Part shown: positions 49,211-60,117 of the stretch, piece after piece | How the letters are laid out: each line of letters opens with the position of its first letter | Numbering within the stretch: position 1 is the first letter of the stretch | NCBI GenBank assembly: GCA_973895155.1 | Contig: OZ316899.1 | Span: 2,873,455 to 2,937,454 of the forward strand | Direction: 5' to 3' | From: Marsupella aquatica | Lineage: Eukaryota > Plantae > Marchantiophyta | DNA: 64,000 nucleotides | Notes under the pieces: generated by a model | The model's input: only the letters and a program-made list of their open reading frames with translations | Database searches by the model: none | What the model was told of the DNA's origin: nothing | Position numbers and translations under genes: made by a program

Positions 49211-51544
49211 TGTTAGGTTAGAGTTTTAGGGGGCATGTGTGGGGTATCACCACCGTGCCAGGAAACAGGAAAATCCAAACAGGAAACAGCAAAAAGGAAA
49301 TAGGAAAATACTTCAACCAAAACGTCAATAATATATTCCAAAATAACATGTGCAAAGAGAATATTCCATGAATAACCCGGCTAGTCAATGGGTAAAAACT
49401 CTCTAAATTTAAAGCAATGTTCACTTTTAATCATCCAGGGTCCCAAACATAGCGATCGACTCATACGTGAAAACATCATAGCGCCAGGCGCTACCCAAAA
49501 CTAAATACCGTAATGAAACACAACCATGAAACATCATAGCGCCAGGCGCTACCCAAAAATGAAAAAATGTAATGATACCAGTTAACAAAACTCAAGCCAA
49601 AATATTTTTACTAAAGCGAAAACATTGTGTATACACGCTTCTACTAATGAAGCACAATACAAAATTCCAAAATGAGGAGCCTAATGTCCACCTCCAGCGA
49701 TTCAAAATTATTCACCGGATCACATATTGCATGAGCCAAACAAGTATCTCCGGGAGGCCCAAGAGTCTAACCACAATTCTATTCAAAAATTCCGGATCAG
49801 AGAAAGACCCAAATCCGTCGTTGAGCCCTGCGAACTGTAGTCAACCTCACTCTAACAGAGTAATCCACGGTGAAAGAACCCATTCACAAGCCTAACCTAA
49901 CCCCAAAACAAAGCACCAAGTGCACCTCCTCCGATTCCAAACTACAAACCGGATGTGGTTCTCCTCCATGAAATGAGTAGCGCCTGGCGCTACCCAAGAT
50001 CATGACCACGATGATCCTAAGATGATCCCGGATCAAACGGAGACTCACATTCGTCGTTGAGCCCTGCCTTTTTGCGTTTTGGCTTCTGTCAAAAGCCAAA
50101 TGTTTGAGTTGCAAAGTACTGCGCACTTGGAAGCCTTCGCGAAGGGCGCGATGAAGACTCAGGAAGGTTTGTATCATAGAAATTGATACGACCAAGAAAT
50201 TTGGCAGACTGAATTTCCACATCCCAGAAGACATTTGATGAAGGATGTTCGGGAGTTGGATAATGAATTGAGAATCTCTCCTGAAATGGCCTCGGAGGAG
50301 AATCAGGAAGCCAAGGAATGTTCCGTTCACCCGGGCTCATCCCCTCGTCCGCAAGCAGTTGGAGACGATTCCTTATGTCGGAAGTCTCGGTCAGGCGACT
50401 CTCGGTGTCTGCAATCGATGTCGATGACCCAAAGTTGACCGTCTGATCGGTTTGCTCCTCCGACGCTGGCACTTCCCCCAGGGGCCGCACAACGTTATTG
50501 ACATTGAAACCAGGACGCTCCATATCGTCCACCGACGGTTACTTTGATCGGGTTACTCAACGCATGTAGCGCAAGAAACAACCTTCAAGCGCAGAGTATA
50601 CTTTCCAAACCGCAAGAGCATAGTGTGAACAGTTGGAATGAAACTCGTCTGGAGGGATTACTCAAATGTATGCCCCCTCAAAGTATCGCCATTTTTTGAT
50701 TCAACGGACATACGACCAAACCAATGCATGAGAATAGACCGACGGGTAATATGTCCCCAACGGGTGCTAACGTTCATTTATTTATGAACTTAACCGACAA
50801 AACTTCAACGGTAATACTAGTTCCGAAAGGCATATTATTGGCTAACGCCTGGCGCTATCAAAAACAAAGTCATTTCCATATCATTTTTGTTCCTTGAAAA
50901 TTCTGAAAACATGTTATTTGGTTAACGCCAGGCGCTATACAAATACGAGTCACCCAGAGCATGTCCCCAAAAGAATCTGAATTCAAGTTTTGCAATAGTC
51001 TCTGGCATGAAGCTAGGCACTAAAGTGAAATATTGAACTTTCATATTTCTCCAAGCTCACTTGTGAACATAATATACCAATTTGACTACAAATATTTGTT
51101 CATGTCTGAACATTTATATACAATGGAAATGATACAAATGGGGTTCTCACAACTAATCTACTCAGATGACTCTGTCTCACTACTATCGGATCTATTGGTC
51201 GACTCCGCCTCGTCGTCCACAAACTCACTCCGGCACATGTCATCCACAAATTTGTTCACCAAAAACTTCCTATCAGAACCTCTTCTAAGTCCCAGACCTT
51301 TTGTTTCCCAAGATAATGTCCCAGACCTCTCTACTTTTCTGGCGGCTTTCTCAGCATAGGATGGGAGAATAAATGGTTTTTCTGGTGTAATCTCCATAGC
51401 TTCAGCGATTGTTTTCTGGAGTTCAAACCTTCTCCGCGTATTCCACTCCGACCTGAAAGTTTCATCCATATTAAAACAAACACTAAGTTTACCAAAAATA
51501 TGTTGCTGAAAACAGTCGTACATTTGGAGTGAGCTTACGAGCAT

Positions 51545-54500
51545 TACTCAAAAGACTCCTCATCCTCGGAATCACTTTTTGATCCTGAGGGATTTGTTTT
51601 CTCTGCCTCGTCGTCTTCTAGATTGACAACCAGAATCTCTTCTTCATCAGATTCCCAACAACATCTGGCTTGCTCTCTTCGGAATCAAAGTTCAAAATTG
51701 ATCGTACTCTGTCCAACTTCTCTTTCCCTTTCTTTGACAATCTCTTCTCTGGATTCAAAGTTGACTTTGGCTCCAAAAGGTCAGCTAAGGTACACTTTGA
51801 AGCCGTGACAAACTCTATTCGCCCTTCCACCCCAACAACAAATCTACCACAATAGTCTCCCGCCATGAATAAACTTCCTGAGCAACAGGTCCAGTCGATC
51901 ACAATATCCCCTGGATAGGAGATGATCTCTATAACGGACTGCATAAAACCAACTGTGAGCCGCCCGTTTCCACAAGCCATAAGTTCTAGCATTGGATCCG
52001 ACTTTAAAGACGGAAGTCCGATCAGATTTGTAATTGAAGGATCTTTGGAAGGCGACAATGGACGGAACTTGGGATCTTTCGGTATTGTTGATTTTCTCAA
52101 AACCCGACCGAATATATCCAACCGCAGCGTGAAGATCTACAAAAATATAGAATAATAAGGTCATGAAACAAAAAGACGTAGATTAGCGCCTGGCACTGGC
52201 CAAAATGAAAGATATACAAGATTAGCGCCTGGCGCTGGCCAAAATGAATGATACAAGGTTAGCGCCTGGCGCTGGCCAAAATGAATGACATTAATTACCT
52301 GAGTGTCAGACTTAGGTTTGTACATAGGAAACCCCATGACAACTGTATACGATGCAATACAGTCAAACTTTTGCGACTGCTGGCATGCAGATATCACTTC
52401 CAAAATCTGGTCATATTCTCCAGTGTGAAGAATAGCCATAAGTCCGTCGTCCGAGAGGAAAGGGTCCATTGCGCTAAAGAAAGCCCCAGGGAGAGAGTGG
52501 TCTTGCACATTCCATTTCGGGACTTTCTTGTCCAAAAGTGATGGCCTCAATCCGGTAGGCAAATATAGAAATCCTACATCGACACCAAATGTCCTAACTT
52601 TTCCACCTCTAATAACCCCCTTTGACCAAGAACCCGACTTCACAAGATTCTTTCCCCAGGTCTCTACCTGAGAAACCCAAGATGGCTTCTCTTCCCTTTG
52701 AAACACACTATCGTAGAACTCTGCCAAGGTAGACTCCACGAACGTGTGCCTTGTTTTATTTCCCTTGAAGTCCCCCACATTCCTCTGTAAACCAGTTGCC
52801 GCAAGCGTTTCCTTGTGAGACCCACCGGAAGTAGAAACACGACGTTTCTTCTTCTTCCTAGTGCTCGTGGCGTCCACTGGCGGAGCACTCACATCCTCCG
52901 GGGTCTCCGACCCCTGTGGTGGATCCTCATCCTTCCCAAGACTGTTGTCACGAGAAGGCTCTGGAGTTGCAGTCAAAGCATTACCCGACACCAACCCCGC
53001 ATTTGATTTCCGAGATCCTGCTAGAGAAATTGTTACATTAATAACAGTGCCTGGCGCTAGCCAAATAGAAGACTGAAAATTATGAAGATTTGAAGCTGCA
53101 AAATTAGGAACTCACTTATTTTGGTCTCTTTTTGAGATCCACTTGGGGTTGTTTCTTGCTTGGGTTTTGCTCTTGGTTTTTGACTCCTTGCAACTTGGAC
53201 GACTTGCGTCTCACAAATCCGCTAGAGCTCTATCGCCGAGAGATCAATCTCGGCATCAATTCCCTGCTTCATCTCTGACAAAATGTTTCTGGGCTCCAAA
53301 TTCTTTGATAACTTGTGAAAAGCATCTTTCTGTGTCTCATCAAACGGTGAATTCCACTTGTCTGTGTCAAGATACCACGGACAATGCACAACCTCCCACT
53401 TTGCCATTTTCCTTGGGGGAAACTTTCCCTCCGGTGGGTACATGGTGTACCCAAGAAAGTCTCCAGACACTTCGGACCTCATATTCACAACGGCCCATTT
53501 CTGGAAGGCACCAGGATAAGCCCAGAAATAGCTCGGGTCACTCCTCTCCATTTTCACATAGTATCGATACAAATATCTCTTGGCTCTCTTGCGGTTCACT
53601 TCACTCAAATCCTCCTTGTCAGCGTACTTGGACTCCCAAATAGTGTTGGAAAACTTGGCCCTTACGGAATCCCCATACTTTCTAAAATCATCTACAATCA
53701 AAGCCTTCAACTTCTCAAAGGGAATCAGTTCTCCACCGAGTGTTGTAAGACGTTGTTCGGTGCATGAACCCATAGCCTCCTTCAAACATGCCTCGAGGAG
53801 AGCAGTTGCTATCCCTCAATCATTTTCCAAACATGCCAGGTGTGGCACCACTGCTTCACGGGGTCGTCCGATACTCCGAGCGGATGGAAAAACTGTTTCC
53901 TTAACTCGGGAGTACAATGTGCAACAAGCAATGTACTTCGCAATTTTGGATCTAATGCCGAATTGGCAGTGAACAAGCGAGCTCTATCCATGGTGCAAAA
54001 TACAACTTCAAGGACCTTTTCACGTTTTAGTCGATCTGTAAGACAATACATCTCAGCGCAAGTGTCCATGAAATCTTCAAACTCTGGGCTCAACAAGGAA
54101 GTGAGCTTCGGAGTTTTCACGGTCCACTCCTTAGTGGCTTCCTTCATCATCTGACTGTGACGAAGATTTGTCTCTTCGATCGACCATGGAGCGCCGGAAC
54201 TGCTCGCCTGGTTCTTCATCACCTGAAATTGCTGCGAGTACAATTTGATCTTGTTTTCACACAAGATGTATACCAACGCCTCCATCGGCATCTTCTTGGT
54301 AAACCATGAACCCTTTCGGGTTCCTTTCCTGGTCTTCTCAAATTTTGCATAATTTGCCTCATCAATTATGGGTTTGTAGTACTCGAGATCATGAGCCAAA
54401 ATCCTCCTGATTCTGTCCGCATCCAAAATCCAAGAAGACTCTACCACTGCCTGTCCCGTCCTGTGAAATTGAGGACATTAGAAATAGCGCCTGGCGCTAA

Positions 54501-55340
54501 CCTAACAATACAATCTAAAAAAGGGAGAAATTGTTGAAGGGAAACAATCAAATTTGGGAAGAGTAGTCGGTGGTGAAAGAAAACTCACTAGTTAACAATA
54601 TGCATCGCTGCCTCAATCTCGATGATTGATGCCTTCTCTCCTTTGAAAATTGTGCATTGCATGCAAGGATGATACTTAGGATTCTCTGGACTCTCGTTTG
54701 TGACTTGAGTCCACGAAAACAACCGATGATTTCCATCAAAAACATAGAACATTTTGTCCTTGAGGACGTGGAAAGCGGGGTCTGATTCACATTCCGCTTC
54801 GAACAACTCGTTCTCCATGATCCAAAGAGGATCCCAAGTACCGCAAATTTCATCTGTACAAATCTGCGGATTACCTTCAGCGTTGGATGGTTGAACGAAA
54901 AAGCGCATGCCAATGGACGAATTGTATCCAGATGTCCGGAATGAGTCCTTCAGCTTCTCAATCGATTGACTATTCCTCTGAAGAGTGCGCACAACCTCCA
55001 TGTGAACGAGACGACATAAAGGAATTCTTGGAGGCTCCTTTGGTAACCCATTTGCATCAACTCCAAACGATATCACGTGCTTTTCAATGACATCGACCAC
55101 CAATTTCTCAATGTCATCGACATTCTGAACGGCAAACTCACCAACATGTTCCATTTTCAATCGCCTCGGTTTTGGACAAGGAAGCTCAACTTGACTGAGA
55201 GGATACTGCACTGTGGAACGAGTTACTCTTTGACTTGAAACACAACTGGAATACGATGACTCTGAGGACTGGGAATGGTTTGGCGACCCAGATCCCATTT
55301 TGATATACTCTCTCAACTGCGATGCAGAGATTTTTCCCAT
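51545..55340 (-). pseudogene. ParB-like domain + beta-class amino (N6-adenine/N4-cytosine) DNA methyltransferase-like gene, 4 exons, disrupted
   Basis: ParB-like FYVFDGNHRLFSW (~54720). Motif IV-position GVDVGFLYLPTGL (52549-52587). Motif I region FMQSVIEIISYPGDIVIDWTCCSGSLFMAGDYCGRFVVGVE (~51830-51950). GT-AG introns 54461-54588, 53018-53115 and 52137-52298 join the frames. Lesions: TAG at the exon 1/2 junction, frameshift ~53815, TAG at 53222, frameshift ~51650. Confidence 0.75.
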
Positions 55341-56399
55341 TCAATTTTGTTTCGTACGGGAGTTTGTTTGGGAGTTCGTACGCTTAATCGTGCGGATTAC
55401 ACGCATCCCTCAACGACACCAACGCAAATGAGAAGAATCTGCCTCAGTAGGAACAATTCCAAAGGAAGCAAAGTACCCTAAATGTACGACGACTGGACTT
55501 CTGGCAACATGTGAGTCGGGGGATGTTGGACACCTGGAGCAAAATGCACCGTTGATTAAATCTGGGACTGACCAGTAGACCTCACAGTTCGTAAAGAGGT
55601 ATCCGTTTAAGTTACCGTTGACCTGCTACTTCCATAAATATTATACTCGAATTGACTAAAATGTCCGTTGAAGTTATCGTTGAAGAGCGAGTCATTATTA
55701 GATAGCGCCCGGCGCTATCATTGGTGTCCGTTGTGAAGGTTCCTTGAATCTATCGTGAACATCATATTCATTCAAGAAATTGTAATTTAGCATATAAGTT
55801 TTTACTAGCGCCAGGCGCTAGTAAAAACTGACAATCTAGAACCTTCAAAACTTGACTCAAAGTTTTGTTAGCGCCTGGCGCTATCATAGGGAGATGTCAT
55901 TCTTGTCTCTTTATCCTCTCATATATAACATGGAAGATAATATTCCTTCGAGAACAGAACATTTCTTTTTGAATAGTTTACTAGCGCCGGGCGCTATTAA
56001 ACATTAACCTGATAACCGTTAAAGTTACCGTTTGATTATTGAGTACACCTTTGATAGCGCCTGGCGCTAGCTTTGGGAGTTACCATTACGGACCAGATAT
56101 GCATGATACATATTTGCTAGCGCCTGGCGCTATCAAAGGTGTACTCGATACAATCGTGTCATCTGAGATGATTCTTGTCAAACCATCCATCACTATGTGC
56201 ATATGGAGCCTGAAGTTTTCATCTCACTTACTTAGCGCCAGGCGCTATTATTTGTGAGCCTTGCAATTTATGTTCAAATTTTGATCAATAAGCTTTTATT
56301 GGTAGCAGCTGACATGTGTAATTCCGTTAGAAAACGACAAGCATTCATTGCTAATAGGTCACTTTGTCGTATTCGTAACGGTTTTATTCAGCACAAATG

Positions 56400-59300
56400 A
56401 ATTTAGGTGGCCTCACATTTATGTACGCCATTTCCAATGGATTCACAAATTGTAATTTCTCGCTGTTCGCCTGGCAACCTCGTGGCAATCCTGCTTGCCG
56501 CTCCTAAGAAAAATGATGAAATTTCTGAGGAATATCTTGCCACCAGGTTTGGAATTCCTAGGGAAAGCATACAGCGAATAGTTATCTCGGGAGAGGAAGT
56601 GGTGGTTGATGTTTATTTCATTGAAGGAGTTTGGTATTGGAGGTTGTGCGGTGGGGTGAAGTATGACATCGTTAGGTTGGGAAAATTTGAGGTACCATCC
56701 TCCTCAAAGGGGAAGCTGAAAGTCGATTGAATTGACCATTCAAATAGTAGCGATGATGAAGATTTGGCGAAGCTTCGTCTTCCTCAGAACAACGTCAAAG
56801 TGGAGACGGTCCATGGGCGGACGACTGATTCAGTTGTGTACCGGAGGAGTGCTCTTGATGCGATTCTTCGATCAAAAGGCCAGAGTGAGATCTCAAGATT
56901 CATGCGAAGGAATGATTACCGATTTGAGCAAGTATCAAGCTTGCCTGGCACGTACAATGGGAATATTGTTTTTGAACTGCCTCCAGTTGTTGGAGTCTGC
57001 TCAAAAGGTGAACGCCTCTGGGACATGGATCGGGGCAAGGACTGCTACTATTGGACTCGGATTGTCACGACTTCTGCAAATGTTCTCCCAAAAAAGGTGT
57101 GGGATTTTGGGAAAGTCTTTTGCACGGGTTCTCTGGAATGTCGTAACAATTCATGCCAGTTCTGGGCAGAACATAAAAGGAGGAATGCAAAGTTCTGGGC
57201 AAGAGTTCCTAAGATTTCTGGACCGCATGTAGTCGGGCAACTCATTCCTGAGGGTGGGATTGTCTGTCACTATTGTTGGGAGTGCCCATTTTGTGTTGAG
57301 CTCTGTCCAGCAATGATGGTCTACATGTACGCGTCTTCCAAAGTTGATGCCAAGTCTGCTAAGCAAATGTCGCGGCTTGCCATTCACATCGGACATCATA
57401 ACCATCCGAGCAAGCAAGTTTTTTCAAGAGAGGCAGAGAAAGTTGCAAAGATGCACATGGAACAAGGTTTGACTTTGAATCCGAGTGCAACTACGGCGGG
57501 TATGAAGAACACCGTCACCGGGTCTCTTTTTAAAGCAATGTATGAGTTGTCAGTTCAAGACATGATCCCAATAGAAGAGACCAAGATTTTTGAATCTCTT
57601 CAAGTCATCTCAACGCCTCAGAAATTTGTGAACCTTCTGAGGAGTATCTGTCAAGACCAGAAAGGAAGAGGTGAATTGGAATTTTTGGTAAGCATGTAGA
57701 AGAACATTTCATTCCCATTTCTGCAAAGGTTCTTGTTGCCGGGACAAGGGTCTCGAGATGAGAGTGCACACATTTTCAAGATGTCCACTAAGGGTGAAGG
57801 CTATGGTCTGGATCTTCTTCGAAAGATGAGTCCCGGAGGGCCTCTTGAGGGTTTGTGGGTAAGTTTTGATGTGATGCACCGAATGACAAAGGATTGGCTT
57901 ACATTTAGTGTACATGTTTATGACCATAACTATCGTGCACTTTGCATGATATTCACTTGCAAGTTGCGAGCAGAAGATACAAAATCCCTTGAGAGGGCTT
58001 GGCGTTTAATGTTGGAGGTGGCTGATGAGAACGGTCTTCACAATGTCCACATTCATGGTTTTATGGCGGACAATGCTCAAGCTGGTTGGAATGCTGTGAG
58101 GAATGTGTTCTTTGGGGGACTTCCTGATCCCGAACGTGAGCGATCAGATGCATTTCACTTCTTTCAGTCATTTTGGAGACACTCAATTGAAGGCATTCCT
58201 GAGGGAAAGTAGAGTGAACATCGTGCCCTATGGGATAGGTTGCGGAATGCAAAGTCATTTATCGAGGCATATCGTATTTCTAGAGAAATTGATTCTTGGT
58301 GGAGGGCAGGGAATTGTTATCCTGGTAAATTACGAATGTTGCAAGGTTGGATTTCATGGTGGGTTGTCCAATGGCGCCAATGGGGAAACTTTATTCGATT
58401 GGTAAGTATTCTAAACAATCGTTGGTCAGCGCCTGGCGCTACTCATACATGTTCAAAGTGATTACATATGCTATTGTTTCTATGTGTTCATTGGCTAGCG
58501 CCTGGCGCTACTCATACAGGTTCAAAGTGATTATATCTGCTATTATTTCTATATGTTCATTGGCTAGCGCCTGGCGCTATTCAAGTCCTAAATCTAACCT
58601 TGTCGATGAATTTTGCAGAGCAAGAGTGCAGAAGAAGCGGCAATGATTCCAAATTGTGGTGGATCCGAGTCGTCTCACGCGTCAATGATTGTCTGGCAAA
58701 CGAAGAAGAAAGTTGGAGTCTTTGAAGGGTGTGAAACCGACCAGAATAGAGCGATCTCTCAAATTGCAGCCTATACGACTTACAAGAGAGGATTGAATAG
58801 AGGGAATGGTCCAACTGTGTTTGAGTTGGCTTTCCGCTCTGCAGATCTAGCGGGTTCCCCGCGGTTGTTTGAAGAAGCTTCGAACCTTTTCCTTTCCAAT
58901 GCGGCTGAATTTGATTTGGAAAGGAATTCCCCTTTGAATGGGGATGTACATACCCGGTCAGTAAAGAGGAAGGGACATGCTACTGGAAATGTCTCTGCGC
59001 AGGACTCCCATAGGCATGACACTATCCTCATTACGACCCCAAACACCCGAGGTTTGAAGAGAAGAAATCTCAATAGAACAAAATTCTCTGCGATTCCTTC
59101 TGAACCAGGTCCCCAAGAGAGTGTAGTCGTCAATATTTCAGAGAGCGATGCCTCAGCTAGTCTTGAAGAGTGGACACCTCCTCCTCCGATGGAGATGAGG
59201 TCATCTGCAACTCCAGTCACGCCCCCAGTACATGTTATTGAAGAAGTAACCCCGTCCGTGTTGGAGTCCAATGTTCCTTCTGGAGCATGGCATATTAGGA

Positions 59301-60117
59301 GAACTTGCTGGCCCAGTGTGCAATGGATCCCTTGGCGGACATGGAGATCATGACGAATGTAGAAATCGATTGAAGAAAGTAGGCTACCGGACGTCAAACG
59401 GAGTCGTTGGTATCGTAGTTTGAGCAGCGCAAATTTTCAGAGGGGAACCACATCCAGAACTGATCTGGTTCTGTCCGAATAATGTTTGTTACAGAAGTCA
59501 TCTTCGAAAAGGTGTGGTGAATGTTCCGCCTCCTTGTGATCACTTGCCCGTTGCATTGACTACAAATCTTTCTACTGCGGAGGTAGAGTTTCTGAAGGAC
59601 AATAGAATATCGATCGGAGGTGAAGGTGATCGTGTAAGAAATGCACCAAGTGGACTAGATCTTCGAATCGATGTCAATGTTTTCCCGGAAAGGATGAATC
59701 TACTTCAGTCGACAATTTGTTGTTTATCTCAAAACGGGAGGATGTGCCTACAGAGAGTGCATCTAACTAAATCGCACTATAAGAAGATTGAGGCAGTTGA
59801 GAAAGAAGAAATGAAAATAATTTGTTCTAGGGATGTTGCGACAGGAAATGGATGGGGCAAACAATTTTGCATCCAAACACACATTGGTCACCACTGTCAT
59901 TGCCTATTGGGTTCATATTTGCTGCTTCCCGTGCTGTTCTTGCGAAGATTTCTATTGTCGTCATGCCCACCGCAAACCCTTCTTGCCTTGCAAACATCTG
60001 TATTGGATTTATAAGAATGTTTTCAAACTGGACCTTCGAGAATCAACGTTGTCGAGTCAGCCTATACTCACCGTTGGAGAAATACGTCTCTTGTTGGAAC
60101 GACAAAGTTTAGGGTAG
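56400..60117 (+). pseudogene. Mutator-like DDE transposase with GCM-like Zn domain and SWIM finger, disrupted
   Basis: N-terminal CTGSLECRNNSC...CHYC..CPFC..CPA...HIGHHNHP. Catalytic candidates WVSFDVMH (~57865), GFMADNAQA (58069), DAFH (58147, at the CxxH position) and GSESSH (58667). In-phase intron 58402-58618. SWIM CSCEDF...CKH (59932-59997). Stops at 57697 and 58210. Confidence 0.8.

Noticed and set aside
52184-52290. Three ~37-39 bp repeats containing a palindrome, superficially CRISPR-like
   Set aside because: The spacers are near-identical, the array lies in a spliceosomal intron and no cas genes are present. It is a tandem duplication.
51545-55340. Bacterial contamination or a restriction-modification locus
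   Set aside because: The gene has phase-consistent GT-AG introns and sits inside a plant LTR. No restriction endonuclease is recognisable.
58427-58580. 69-bp tandem units with a palindrome, CRISPR-like
   Set aside because: The spacers are duplicates of each other and lie in the transposase intron.
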